From the NCBI GenBank assembly GCA_003707115.1, contig PPNB01000014.1, forward strand, positions 124,001 to 188,000: a stretch of DNA of 64,000 nt, read 5' to 3'. The DNA is from Tortispora ganteri. Taxonomy: Eukaryota. Positions 1 to 11,452 of the stretch are shown one piece after another. Below the pieces are notes generated by a model. It searched no databases, had not been told where the DNA came from, and saw only the letters and a list, made by a program, of their open reading frames with translations. Each line of letters starts with the position of its first letter. The first letter of the stretch is position 1. The position numbers and the translations under genes are program-made.

Positions 1-3000
1 CGATATCTTTTTGATGTCTAAGTCTCCGCTACCAACCAGTGCTTTGTGTGCATATTTCTTTTCTTTATCGTCAAGGGTTTTAATGTAGGATAGACATTCA
101 AGTCTCATTTCTCGGACAAATGACTCGTACTCAAGTCTAACAATATCACGCTCATACTCATCAAGCAATCGGAGAGCAATAACATATTCACTTCTTTTTC
201 TGCCAAGTGAATCGTGTGAAATCTGTAATCTTTGGAGTGTTTTGCACCAAATGCTATATTCCAGATCAGTGTGTTGAGAAAAGCAAGAAGACATTACCTC
301 AGCCATATCAGGTAATGAAGCATTATCTGTGACAATTCTATACGCATCACTGAAACTCAGTTCGTCTTTATAAGCAAGGTTATTACCTGCAGACATGTAA
401 GACTGCATCCTAGAGTCATGGGACCCTAAGACAGTTTCTTGTATATCTTTGGAGTACAGCGCGCGGCCAACCAAAAGTTTGTTGTCCACTTGAGAAAGCT
501 TCTGCTGAGTCCATTTGCTCATATAAAATGACTGAAAATTTGTATGAATAAAGATAGAATTTACGACCAATGAAATAACTAGTGCACTCGTCAGAATTGC
601 ATGCATAGAGAATTTATCAGCAATGCTGCTTATTATTTCAAATGCCTTTCTGAGTCTTTCAAATATGAGTCGGCTTAATACCAGCTTGATATAGAGATAA
701 ACATAAAACAGAATTGCTCGGCGGTAAGCTTGAAAATGTGGAATATCGTCATCATGTTCCAGTAGAGCATGCTTGTCTCGTATGCTTCGGGCGCCCATGT
801 GCGTCACCTTTCCAATATCGCCGTAAAGTCGGTATGCTCTTTCAATAACATGATTCCGCCCAAGTTTGGCAAGTTCATCATTAAGTGCATAAAAAGAGAA
901 GCTAGTTAAACCTGTTAATGCCCTTATTACTAGCTCCTCAACCACCACCTTATGCAGAAGTGTAGGAGCTGGTTTGATCCATTGAAGTCCAGCCATACTT
1001 ACCACAATACAGGAAGCTCGATTCTTCCTATAAATGCGATGCTTGAGAAGGATGACATATCTTTCCCTTAAAGGAAAATTAGTTGGCGTGATAACTTCAC
1101 TAATAATATACTCTGAATTGTCATCAATGAGTTCAATGCTCTGGGTGTAAGACAATGTCTCCCTGTGGTTCTGAAGCAACATATCCTGAACAATTGCATC
1201 AAAAGTAAAAGTTCTCTCATATAAACCACGCTCTTGTCGATCAGCTTTAGGTATTGACACCCAAGAGGATGCATTAACTTTGGCATTAGCAAACTTAGAG
1301 AACATACGCTGTCCATATGTGCTAGAGTCTCCACATATTAATAGGAATACAGCCTTAGCTGGATAAGCAAATTTATTCTCCAATATCTTCCTGTATTTGG
1401 CATAATAAATTTCTTCGTCATTTTGAGTGGCCTTGCCTTTCCAGCGTGATAATAGTCGGTCTGTCAGGGTGGTCTGAGTAGGCGCAACTAGATTAGAGCG
1501 TACCAGATGCCCTTTTATGCGATTATTCATCACAGCTCGAGCATCTTTTTCAGCATTTTGCTCTTGATTTTGCAAATTAGAACTATTGCCTGCTTTGTGC
1601 GCCGAATGATCGGTATGTACGTAATTCCAGCCTGGTCTCGTGCTAGGTGGCAGATCCTCATGGAGAATTGCAAGTAATTTTTCCAATTCTGTATCAGAGA
1701 GCGGCAATCCATCAAGGCATTTCTCATGAATAAGAGAAAGTGATGCATGAATTGTATTTCCCGCGGCAGTGTATAAATAAATTACTCCGACAGTTCCTCG
1801 TTCGGTAATAACCTCCAACATGTCATATAGAGTTCCAGCTTTTCCAGTGATTCCAATGATACTTGACAGCTTTATTTGCTGGAAACTTGTGAAACCTGCA
1901 GTATTCACGTAAATATATATCGATTCATTCGTAACAAAGAAAGTTGAAGGAATATCCATGGTTTCTGATGGGTTCCAAATGCATGAAAAATAGAGAAGAA
2001 CGTATTCAGTATGAGGAACAAGTGGATAAATAGCTCTCAGCACAGCCAATCTGCCACGTAATGTAGCAGGATAGCAAGAAGGAAGGGCTGGAAAGTATTT
2101 ATCCCATTCAAAGATATCGTCCTTGGAAGGAGAACGTTCACGAGAGCGCGCAGTGTCCGAGTCATCAACGTGTGCAGTGGAGATACCAAAGTTTGCTTCA
2201 TTGACTCTTTCAAAATCACTAACAATACCCCATATATTAGCATCTATTGCATTCGGGATGCGAGGTCTTATAACAGTCAAACTGGCGGTGATCGCTAAAT
2301 CTGTTCCAGCAGTACGGATTGGTGTACTGCAAGAGCGCGAAGAGCTAACGCTCAGAGGCAAACTGTCTTGGTCACCCATTATATTAGGAATATTTTGATG
2401 GCCGGTCAACATTTGGCCGGCGTTGATGATCGTTTGTAAAGTTTGCTGCGTACCAGATAGTGTTTTGGCGCGAATTCTGTGAGCGACATCGCCGGCGGGT
2501 GGAGGTTCGGCTTTACCATTTTCATGTTGAGAAAGTTCTGAAATAGTATTAGAAGCAGAAGATTGTGAAATGGCAAATTCTTGAAACAGAGGAGGAATGA
2601 TAGAGAATGCTAACGATGAGTCTTTCTGCTCAACAGCCGAGCTTTTAGCATATTGGAAAACATCAAGCCAGCAGACAAGATCATTTTGGTTTTCTGCCTG
2701 TAAAGTAAAAGTGACATTTTTTGTAATAACATCAAAGCAAAAACGGCGATCTTCAGATATGTTAGCTTTGGCATTGCATAGAAGTACACCAATTTTTTCG
2801 CTTTCTTCAACGACACTGCGAGAACCATCATAATCAAGAAACCCGAACATTCCATTCTGTACAAAACACCATCTTCTTACCCAGTAAGCCCTCGCAGGCT
2901 TGCCAGATAAAATCTTCAAGAACGTCCATCCTTCACGAGTAGATACGGGTGGCGTAGAAGCTAACGGCACCGATGGTTGCTGTGAATGTGCAGGTTTAGA

Positions 3001-4029
3001 TGAAGGCCGCGTATCTTTACTGTTCTCAGAACCATCTAACGGACCGTGCGAATTGTAAGAATCTGGAGAATTAGGAGGAGAAGGGAATTCGGCTGGTGGT
3101 GGTGGCGGTTGTAGAGAAGGGATAGTGTAGTGATAATAGTCGATAAGATCTCGAGAAGGTGATTTGTCAAGAGAATAAAGCTCTAAATCTTTCCGGACTT
3201 GTTCAAGCTCTTTAAATAGTCGATCCTGTGTTGGTAATGAATGGTCGAAGTATGCGGCGATACGGGCCATGGTAATTTGTGATTTTGCGACAAATGACTG
3301 ATCTTTAACACCAAGGTACGGTTGTAATGCCGCATATACATCACGTAGCATATGTATCATAGTCTTGTCAATTTGAATTTTGAGATTAACTAAACGAATA
3401 GCATAGTCTAGAGACAACCGAGAATATGTTTTAAATGCTTCGAACACTTGGAACGCGTCTTCGCGTAATGCAGAGGCTTCTTTTAGCTTAGACTGAGACA
3501 TATACCTTGCAAGAATAACGTCATATCTTGATTGAGCTGCTTCAAAGTGTTTTCGAATATCGCGACTGTGTCGGATAAGGCTCTTCTGCAGGTTTAGCAG
3601 AGGCTCAAGGACTTTTGGTTCAAGTAACGAGACGAAATTTACAGTGTTCAGCCAAACGTTTTTAGAAGATGATGCAAATAAAACCCATGCTTCAAGGGTA
3701 GATCCGGGAGAAATGAGGGCTTCAGACAATTCAATTGGCACAAGCTTAGAGAGCCAGAGGTTAATCGAATCTTGAAGGCCGTTGGTATCAGCATGCAGCT
3801 TAACCAGTGCTTTAGAAGACCCATCAATCCAGCGATCTAGATGCTCAATGTCATTACCAATCTCAGAAACAACAGCCCTAAACGATGGAGAATCGACTGC
3901 AGCTTCTTTCAATAACACTGGAACTAGTTTAACTACACCTGTAGCATGCTTGCTAACATGGCTAGGGCGGTGCCTCAAAGGATGTTGATGTTTAGTTGAC
4001 GAATGAGAATCAGCAGAGCTAGGAGCCAT
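1..4029 (-). CDS. SIP3: SIP3/LAM1-family BAR-PH-VASt sterol transfer protein, 3'-partial (runs off the window edge)
   Basis: Manual translation from ATG 4029: MAPSS...VKLVPVLLKEAAVDSPSFRA (BAR start), SALREDAFQVFEA, PH domain REGWTFLKILSGKPARAYWVRRWCFVQNGMFGFL...EDRRFCF. The same frame is still open at position 1. The ORF track lists no stop-terminated ORF in this frame, consistent with an uninterrupted ORF leaving the window. Confidence 0.85.
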   Translation of the reverse strand, partial: MAPSSADSHSSTKHQHPLRHRPSHVSKHATGVVKLVPVLLKEAAVDSPSFRAVVSEIGNDIEHLDRWIDGSSKALVKLHADTNGLQDSINLWLSKLVPIELSEALISPGSTLEAWVLFASSSKNVWLNTVNFVSLLEPKVLEPLLNLQKSLIRHSRDIRKHFEAAQSRYDVILARYMSQSKLKEASALREDAFQVFEAFKTYSRLSLDYAIRLVNLKIQIDKTMIHMLRDVYAALQPYLGVKDQSFVAKSQITMARIAAYFDHSLPTQDRLFKELEQVRKDLELYSLDKSPSRDLIDYYHYTIPSLQPPPPPAEFPSPPNSPDSYNSHGPLDGSENSKDTRPSSKPAHSQQPSVPLASTPPVSTREGWTFLKILSGKPARAYWVRRWCFVQNGMFGFLDYDGSRSVVEESEKIGVLLCNAKANISEDRRFCFDVITKNVTFTLQAENQNDLVCWLDVFQYAKSSAVEQKDSSLAFSIIPPLFQEFAISQSSASNTISELSQHENGKAEPPPAGDVAHRIRAKTLSGTQQTLQTIINAGQMLTGHQNIPNIMGDQDSLPLSVSSSRSCSTPIRTAGTDLAITASLTVIRPRIPNAIDANIWGIVSDFERVNEANFGISTAHVDDSDTARSRERSPSKDDIFEWDKYFPALPSCYPATLRGRLAVLRAIYPLVPHTEYVLLYFSCIWNPSETMDIPSTFFVTNESIYIYVNTAGFTSFQQIKLSSIIGITGKAGTLYDMLEVITERGTVGVIYLYTAAGNTIHASLSLIHEKCLDGLPLSDTELEKLLAILHEDLPPSTRPGWNYVHTDHSAHKAGNSSNLQNQEQNAEKDARAVMNNRIKGHLVRSNLVAPTQTTLTDRLLSRWKGKATQNDEEIYYAKYRKILENKFAYPAKAVFLLICGDSSTYGQRMFSKFANAKVNASSWVSIPKADRQERGLYERTFTFDAIVQDMLLQNHRETLSYTQSIELIDDNSEYIISEVITPTNFPLRERYVILLKHRIYRKNRASCIVVSMAGLQWIKPAPTLLHKVVVEELVIRALTGLTSFSFYALNDELAKLGRNHVIERAYRLYGDIGKVTHMGARSIRDKHALLEHDDDIPHFQAYRRAILFYVYLYIKLVLSRLIFERLRKAFEIISSIADKFSMHAILTSALVISLVVNSIFIHTNFQSFYMSKWTQQKLSQVDNKLLVGRALYSKDIQETVLGSHDSRMQSYMSAGNNLAYKDELSFSDAYRIVTDNASLPDMAEVMSSCFSQHTDLEYSIWCKTLQRLQISHDSLGRKRSEYVIALRLLDEYERDIVRLEYESFVREMRLECLSYIKTLDDKEKKYAHKALVGSGDLDIKKIS

Positions 4030-5806
4030 TGAACCAGTAAAATACAAATGCTAACCTAATATTGTAGCAGAATTATTCTCGAATTAGCGCACACAGCTGT
4101 GTAATTTATATAATGATGGTCTAGATCGCAACGAAATCTCCAGATCGATCGGCAGGCAAATGCTCGTCTTTAGTTGGCAGTATATAGCAGTTGTCCGGAC
4201 AACTGTGTTATATGATTACCTGAATTTGTGCATTACACAACCAAATTTCGCCTTATCGTTCGCGTATATTTGCTACATATACACGGTAAATAACATTCAT
4301 AATATGTCTATTTTATATTTTCAGGTATAATTAAGGCTATTTTGCATATGAAATGATTTTTTTAAAGCTAAGCGCCTGTTGATGCACCAAATTCCGAAAA
4401 TCAATCAGTTTAAAATGTTTAGATTGCTCAACAAATAATGCGATTTCACTGAACATTCTGAGTTACAATATCATAAACAAATCACAGTAAATGTTGGATG
4501 ATATAGCGTGTCTTTTGCAGTTTGATCTAGTGCAAATTATGTGAATGCCAATAGTTTTCATGTAATTGTTAAGAAAATTCTATATGAGGATACTTATATT
4601 TCAACTGGTGATCTCTTCGAGTCTTAAGATACCAATGTGCCATATGTGTTGCCTTTGAAACTATTTCTTGATTAATAATGCAATATTCGTTAGATTTTGT
4701 CAGTCATTGAATTCTTTTGTTTAGGTTGCTAAACTCAAGTGAACGAAATGTCGTTTAGGTACATTGCAATACTGAGTTTGCATCAACGACTTTGCTAAAT
4801 CTGAACAGTAATAGTTTGAAAAAGCTTTTTGAATCTGCATTTATAACTAGCTTGTTACTTTGATTGTCTAGTTGCATACGTTTCTATCGCTAGACGTGGT
4901 ACTGGTTTAGAATCAATATGGAGACTTGTCTACGTGAGGCTGCCAGTAGCAATATTCCATATAAACTATGATCTTTATCTAGATCAATGCCTTAACATAA
5001 TTTATGCTAAAGTACACTCCTTTTTTCTGTGTTCTCTGTGCTATGTCTTTGCCTCGCTTCATCGTCAAACAACAGAGACCTGGTTTATGTAGCACACAAG
5101 CCTCACAAAGACTTGGACAGTTGTTTATTGAGCTATTATTTACTTAAGTTAACTAATCTCGACGTTGGCTTATATTTGCATCCGTTAAAATAGACCGAAA
5201 TCCATAAAGTCTACTTATAGTTTCGGTCGGTCATGACGATCGACTGCATTTAACTAAGTTCCGCTGTGCGCCTTCCTCTCTAGCACTTGTCAGTATTATG
5301 ACTGGTTTTTTATAAATTAATTAGTTCATAGCATTCGATTTTAAGAGCTGCATACGGATAATGCATTGTGTGTTGTCCTGCTTACCGAACCGCTGCACGA
5401 AGCCTCAGACTGTCATGTCCTTGTGCCACGGTTCGCTATGAATACAACATTATACATGATACATTAAAACAGACTGTTTAGTTGCATTTCATCTAACAAT
5501 ATGGTTTATACTACTATAATGAACTGTTTCGTAACTATTTGGGAAACGATAGTGCTTTGCAATATTGCCAGCTACGATAGGTTTCTGATGAATATCCTGA
5601 TACATTGGTACCTATGAGGTATTATTAAGTTATTTAAGAGCCATTGAAATTGTATGAACTATTTATAAATAGAATAAATATCATCTAAATACATAAAATC
5701 TGCCTGCAAATTTCATAGAATGTTATTGGTTGCTATGCTGGGTTGACCGTTCTTTCAACTTTGCGCACCTTATCCTCACACTACGCTATCCCGTCAAACA
5801 ACGAAT

Positions 5807-8221
5807 ATGACATCGCTAAAGGCGTTCATAAAGTCCGTAAGGTCCTGTAAGACTATTGCTGATGAAAGAAATGTAGTACAGAAAGAGGCAGCGGCTATAC
5901 GCGCGTCGTTCCGTGAATCGTCCCTTGATCCTCATGCGCGCCGTGAAACAATCTTGAAATTGCTTTACTTGTTCACTTTAGGGGAAAGAACACATTTCGG
6001 TCAAATTGAGTGCGTCAAACTTCTCGCATCTTCGAAATTTACAGACAAGCGTCTAGGCTACCTGGGAACAATGCTACTATTGGATGAGAACCAAGAAGTG
6101 CTCACCCTTGTCACTAATTCTATCAACAACGATCTAAATAGCGCTAATCCGTACGTGGTTTCGCTAGCCCTTTCGACATTAGGCAACATCGCTTCTCAGG
6201 AGATGGCACGAGATTTGTTTCAAGATATTGTCAAACTGCTTTCTAGCCCTGTAAATAACATACGCAAAAAAGCAGCTATCTGCGCTATGCGCATAGTCGT
6301 CAAGGCACCAGAACTCGAAGAAGATTTTGTGGAATACTCCAAGAATCTCTTCGCAGAATCGGATTTTGACGCACTACTCGCCACAATTACTTTTGCTATT
6401 GGACTATGCCAAAATAATCCTGCTCTTGTTCCTCAATATACCTATCTCGTGCCTCGATTGGTCTCAGAACTCAAATCTCTCGGTTCTACTGGATTCAACC
6501 TTGAGTATGAGGTCAGCGGTATTAACAACCCGTTCCTCCAGATCAAAATATTGCAATTCCTCGCCATTCTTGGCAGAGATAATCCTGAAACAACCGAGCA
6601 AATGAACGATACTTTAGCTCAGATTGCTACTAATATGGAACCATCTAGGTCTATGGGTGAAACTGTTCTCTACGAATGTGTCCGAACCATTCTCACCGTT
6701 GCTGCTGACTCCGGACTGCGTACTGTTGGAATTAACATTTTCGGTAAGTTTCTGGCTAGTAAAGAGCACAATTCACGATATATTGCCCTGAATGCAATGG
6801 CTCCTGTCGCTGAAATTGAACCTAATGCAGTGCAACGTCACCGCAACACGATATTAGCGTGCCTACAAGACCCAGATGTATCTATACGCCGCAGCGCTTT
6901 AGAACTCTCTTATAGTTTGATTAACGAACAAACAGTTCGCCTAATTGTACGCGAACTTTTGGCACATCTTGAAGTCTGCGATAAAGAGACCAAGGCGGGT
7001 CTTTCAACGCAAATATGCTCGGCCGCTGATCGTTTTGCCCCCGACCGAAAGTGGCATATCGATACAATGATACGTGTTCTATCCCTATCCGGAAATTACG
7101 TCCCGGAAGAAGTTCTCACTGGATTTCTTGTTCTCGTTGCTAATTCCCCGGACTTGCAGTTATACACCGCTCAAAAACTTTTCGGCGCCACCAAGGCCGA
7201 CATCACTCAAGAAGCGTTAGTCATTGCTGCGATTTGGGTAATGGGCGAATTTGGCGACAAAATGATTGTTGGAACTAAAACTGAAGCATACGAAACATAT
7301 CCTGATATGGTAATTAATGAGGACACGCTGATCGACTTATACTGCACCATCCTAGACAGCCAGTATACTTCAGTTGCTATTGAAAAGTATACACTTACAT
7401 CACTGATCAAGCTTTCAGTAAGATTGAAATCCCCTTCATCTACAGAGAGAATTAGGCGATTGATTCAACGGTATGCGAAGGCATTGGACGTCGATCTTCA
7501 GGAGCGGTCTGTGGAATACACTAACCTGTTAGGGCACAATGATGTGCGACGATCGGCAGCTGCACCCATGCCTGTTCCAGAGATCAAGATTTTAGAAAGA
7601 GTTCTGAAAACATCTGCGAATAAGTTACAGACCAAACCAATTACTAAAAGCAATGCTGATTTACTATTAGATCTCATGGGAGATGAACCTTCGCAGGTAG
7701 CGAACACTGTCGGCGGGTCGAACGCTGGTCCCGACCTGCTTGGTATGAGTAACGATAAATCTTCAGCTTCTTCAGCGGGCGCTAATAAGAACATTCAAGA
7801 TATTCTTGGTCTGTTTGGTGAAGCTACTGCACCATCTGCTGGGGCGACTGTTAAAGGACCTTACTCTGTGACATCCGAGGAAGAAGGATACGTGGACGAA
7901 AATTTGCGAATGACACTTGAAGGACAACGCGAAGATGGAGTTCCAGGGCTGACAGTGTTAGTGCGTTTCTACAACGTGAGCGGTACCGGTGAATTGAGCG
8001 ATATATCACTAGCGGCGGCTGTTTCGAAAGGGCTAAAGGTTCAGGTTCTGCCTATCGCATCTACTAGCATTGGTAATGGCGAGAGTACTGTTCAGAAATT
8101 GAAAGTTACTGGACCGTCTGGCATGAACGTGAAGTTTCGCTTGAAACTTGGGTACACAATTAATAATTCAACGAAAGAGTCACAAATTACATTCTCTAAA
8201 TTTCCGACAGGAATATTGTGA
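5807..8221 (+). CDS. APL4: AP-1 adaptor complex gamma-adaptin
   Basis: 804 aa; SLKAFIKSVRSCKTIADER, LGERTHFGQIECVKLLAS...KRLGYLGTMLLLDENQEVLTLVTNS, hinge with DLLLDL clathrin-box-like motif, C-terminal GAE ear. Confidence 0.95.
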   Translation: MTSLKAFIKSVRSCKTIADERNVVQKEAAAIRASFRESSLDPHARRETILKLLYLFTLGERTHFGQIECVKLLASSKFTDKRLGYLGTMLLLDENQEVLTLVTNSINNDLNSANPYVVSLALSTLGNIASQEMARDLFQDIVKLLSSPVNNIRKKAAICAMRIVVKAPELEEDFVEYSKNLFAESDFDALLATITFAIGLCQNNPALVPQYTYLVPRLVSELKSLGSTGFNLEYEVSGINNPFLQIKILQFLAILGRDNPETTEQMNDTLAQIATNMEPSRSMGETVLYECVRTILTVAADSGLRTVGINIFGKFLASKEHNSRYIALNAMAPVAEIEPNAVQRHRNTILACLQDPDVSIRRSALELSYSLINEQTVRLIVRELLAHLEVCDKETKAGLSTQICSAADRFAPDRKWHIDTMIRVLSLSGNYVPEEVLTGFLVLVANSPDLQLYTAQKLFGATKADITQEALVIAAIWVMGEFGDKMIVGTKTEAYETYPDMVINEDTLIDLYCTILDSQYTSVAIEKYTLTSLIKLSVRLKSPSSTERIRRLIQRYAKALDVDLQERSVEYTNLLGHNDVRRSAAAPMPVPEIKILERVLKTSANKLQTKPITKSNADLLLDLMGDEPSQVANTVGGSNAGPDLLGMSNDKSSASSAGANKNIQDILGLFGEATAPSAGATVKGPYSVTSEEEGYVDENLRMTLEGQREDGVPGLTVLVRFYNVSGTGELSDISLAAAVSKGLKVQVLPIASTSIGNGESTVQKLKVTGPSGMNVKFRLKLGYTINNSTKESQITFSKFPTGIL

Positions 8222-8772
8222 ATGTGTTAAATTTCGAACTTGAATCGCCTGCACGAATCACACGCGTGCATATAATCCTAGTAATAGATTTGAAAACAAA
8301 CCATCTTGTTTGAAGAATACTGATTGGCCAATTACGTGCGTATAAGGTTTCGTCAATTGTTAGACAGGGATACCAAGAGCCTAAAAGATGAATATGCTAA
8401 ACTGCTCTTCACCGTAGCATGCGGGTTTCAAAGTATGCATTTTTGGATAACTGAATATCGAAATGATTTTTTAATGTACATAAAACATATTCGAAAGGCG
8501 TGTATTGCAGTACTTCACTGTCCCATTGAACACGAAGTCTTCGCGACGTGTCGTGCTCAAAGTAAACGGATGTCAGATTCCTGACTAAGTTTAATAAATC
8601 TGACACGCATTCTTGACTTGGAATTTAAATTGTTAATTCTTAATTGCTAAACCCCTTTAGTAGCCACAGTAAGCTGTAAGTTTAAAAGGATCTTAGCCGC
8701 AAGCGGCGAACAAACAAAAAAACTTATAAGATATTAAATTCCTAAGTCTATTATTCACAACAAAGTTAATAT

Positions 8773-9027
8773 TGTTTACGCGTCAAATAATCGAGAATTC
8801 ATAAATAAAACTCTATTCCGTGTAGTTGGTTCTACAAAGTAAAAGTATTTCAAAATATTAATACACTCATCTTCTTCTCTTGTCTCGCGCATAATCGCCA
8901 ATTTTCGTGTTCCTATACGTTTGAACGCGCTTTTTGTGAGTTGCAGTTACCCGTTCGACCTTGTTCAACGCACGTTCCTGTCTGTCACTTTTGCTTTCGC
9001 GATTAACGTTATTTCTTCTTTGTTTAC
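8773..9027. promoter_or_regulatory. G1/S-type promoter elements upstream of the NRM1/WHI5-like gene
   Basis: MCB ACGCGT 8778-8783 overlapping forkhead-like TGTTTAC 8773-8779; SCB-like TTTCGCG 8995-9001; second TGTTTAC 9021-9027. Fits NRM1 being an MBF target. Confidence 0.5.
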
Positions 9028-9098
9028 TCCACTAAAACACCACAACTACACCCCCTCAACCAGTTAGCGCTAAATTTTTGGATCTTTAGATACTCAAT

Positions 9099-9671
9099 AT
9101 GAACGTGCTCGCACCTTTAGATATAAACATGCCTCTGCCGAAAGGGAAGGACACTTACTCCTCCAAGACAGTTATCGACCAGCAGGTTAGTCATTCACAT
9201 GAAACACAAACACCTACGAAGGAGTCGTCGCAGCCAATATTTGGTGCCGCCATTGAGCCGGCCTGTCCGCGAAAAGTACCGGACCTTACACCATCGGAAG
9301 CACAGATTAAAGCCAGCCGTCTTAGAATGCGTCTTAAGCTAGCTTACTATAAAGTCCAGACAAACCAGATTGGAACTGCATTGGACCACCTTCCCGCGCC
9401 TAACACCAAGTTGTCTTCTTCCTCCTCTGTACTGCCTCCAAAATCTGCTAAGCAGATCATTTCTCATACTACACCAGTTAAGCAGCTCGGTCACCATTAC
9501 AATAGAGATGGCCGGCGCAATAGAAAACGGAATAACGATACAGAACAGGAGCCACTTTCTTTTTCGAGCAGCCCCTTCAAGTCGCTCACTGGATCTGCTG
9601 TTAAGTGCACTCCGATATCTTTAGGAGCAGCTAAAAGTTTATTGCGCCTAGGACTGCCGTCAGCGAGATAA
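9099..9671 (+). CDS. NRM1: Whi5/Nrm1-family G1/S transcriptional corepressor
   Basis: GTB motif ASRLRMRLKLAYYKVQTNQ; several S/T-P CDK sites; C-terminal TPISLGAAKSLLRL. Choosing NRM1 over WHI5 is inference. Confidence 0.75.
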   Translation: MNVLAPLDINMPLPKGKDTYSSKTVIDQQVSHSHETQTPTKESSQPIFGAAIEPACPRKVPDLTPSEAQIKASRLRMRLKLAYYKVQTNQIGTALDHLPAPNTKLSSSSSVLPPKSAKQIISHTTPVKQLGHHYNRDGRRNRKRNNDTEQEPLSFSSSPFKSLTGSAVKCTPISLGAAKSLLRLGLPSAR

Positions 9672-9876
9672 ATAAAAATGGCGTGGTGTTTCTGCCGTCT
9701 AATATGGCTTGGCTTGGCTTGCTTGCTTGGTTATTGACATCTTCCCGAATGGGCCAATAGTATCGCGTTTGGACCGAAAAGCAAGAAACATCCTGCTGTG
9801 CTTTCATTTTATCATTAATTTGATGCATGTATTCTTATTACTGCTCACTCTTTTGTATCCTATAAAAGAGTACAGC

Positions 9877-10746
9877 TTATTTATTCAAATGCTTTGGAGC
9901 AGATGCTTCCAATTGTACAATATGGTCATTATTCGCAGACAAACCGGCTATCTGTGTCTTCTCGATCTGTAATAATTCATCTTTATCGTCATCCACTCGC
10001 CAGCTTCGTAGATCTTCTAAATTTGCCCAGATTGGTGGTCCCATTTTAGCATTTGCTCGCGCCTCCTGCACCTCATAGTGCTCGGGGGCGTATTTCCACC
10101 CCGAGTTGCCTTTAATAATGCTTTCTGCGCATGCCATAGGGCTAAGTTCATCGTTTTGACCTGAAACTTCGTCCCATAATTTGGCCCAGAATCCCGGATC
10201 ATCTACCTGCAACGATTTGCTGCGCGATTGACCTTCTTTGGCTTGCCCTTCGGCCACATCCGCAATACCTCCAAACAGATGAGAGCTTTTCAGCTGCGGT
10301 ACTTTGTAATTAGTTTCGCCCTTCAGCTGCTTCATTTCTATGCTTATTCTGATAACTGCATTCACTTTTGAGGACTGCAGCAGATATCTTCTTGCAAGTT
10401 GGCCCTCCTTGCCTACGTGCTCACTAACGTTGATAGTCAGATTCCCGAGTGATGCACGGTGTCGCATAGCCCCGACTTCCGAGTAGATTTCAAATACTAA
10501 TAGGCATTCAGATAGAAAATTATCGTTGTTTATACCTATTCGAAACTCTGCACTTCGAACATAATCCCATGTTACTTTGTGATCGCGGATCGGTGCATGG
10601 TCTGTCCGCCCCCTTGCATCGGGTTTTGGAGAGTCCTTTAAATACCATTTCACCAGTACATACCCGGACACAATTGGCACATTAACAAGGTCTATTATTG
10701 ATAGCGTCATCTTAAATTTCGGTTGTCTCGAGCTGAACAACGACAT
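9877..10746 (-). CDS. NT-C2 (EEIG1/EHBP1 N-terminal C2) domain protein, YBL086C-like
   Basis: PKFKMTLSIIDLVNVPIVSGYVLVKW...GRTDHAPIRDHKVTW...LGNLTINVSE...RRYLLQSSKVNA. Start placed at MSLFSS (10746). Confidence 0.8.
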   Translation of the reverse strand: MSLFSSRQPKFKMTLSIIDLVNVPIVSGYVLVKWYLKDSPKPDARGRTDHAPIRDHKVTWDYVRSAEFRIGINNDNFLSECLLVFEIYSEVGAMRHRASLGNLTINVSEHVGKEGQLARRYLLQSSKVNAVIRISIEMKQLKGETNYKVPQLKSSHLFGGIADVAEGQAKEGQSRSKSLQVDDPGFWAKLWDEVSGQNDELSPMACAESIIKGNSGWKYAPEHYEVQEARANAKMGPPIWANLEDLRSWRVDDDKDELLQIEKTQIAGLSANNDHIVQLEASAPKHLNK

Positions 10747-11409
10747 TCTGACAATGTTTAAGTGGTTAGATATTATCCCATCTACCCTCATTCCCAAGCA
10801 CTTGCACCATGTTACATGAAAATGCACTCGATTGAAGACCTATCTGTATTCTGATTGCAATCTGAGCATTTAGTGGTACGTTTATATGTTTTCAGAATAT
10901 AAACTTACTCTTAAATGTCAATTGATTCCCTTCTATCTCTCTGAATGTCAATAAGTATTGATTGGGTTTCTACAAACCTCTCATAAAGGCATCATGCTGT
11001 CGTATAACTGCAACTAATGGCATTTGTACTAAATTGTTTAGAATATATCTGTCAAATATGATGTACTTTTTGTCGCAGCAAAACATGTGCGGTATCAGCG
11101 GTCATCGTATTACCCATGCAAGCAATCAGTGCACCACCAGCTAAACTACATCATGGTCTGCTAGCTCTTACCGCAAAAGCACTAAATGGTATCTATAAAG
11201 TTTCGAAACTACTGGAACTTATGCATATACTATGAAGGTCCTTATAAGCTTAATTATTACGGAACATCTGAATATTTACTGTGTGGTTTTCTGTCATATG
11301 CAACAATTGCCAAAACTTTAAACCGAACAATTATCGATCGCGGCTCAGGTGTATGCGCATATACACATTTACTATGTTTTAAAGACATAAAATAATGTTC
11401 GCTGTTCTT

Positions 11410-11452
11410 TATATATATAAAAACTTGCATGTATATGTATATATATATATAC
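11410..11452. repeat. TA-rich microsatellite
   Basis: tatatatata and gtatatgtatatatatatatac runs in intergenic DNA. Confidence 0.6.

Noticed and set aside
8324..8584. 86-aa TTG-started ORF after APL4, and other 60-100 aa intergenic ORFs at 11.2-11.7 kb
   Set aside because: Non-ATG starts or low-complexity AT-rich sequence with no motifs.
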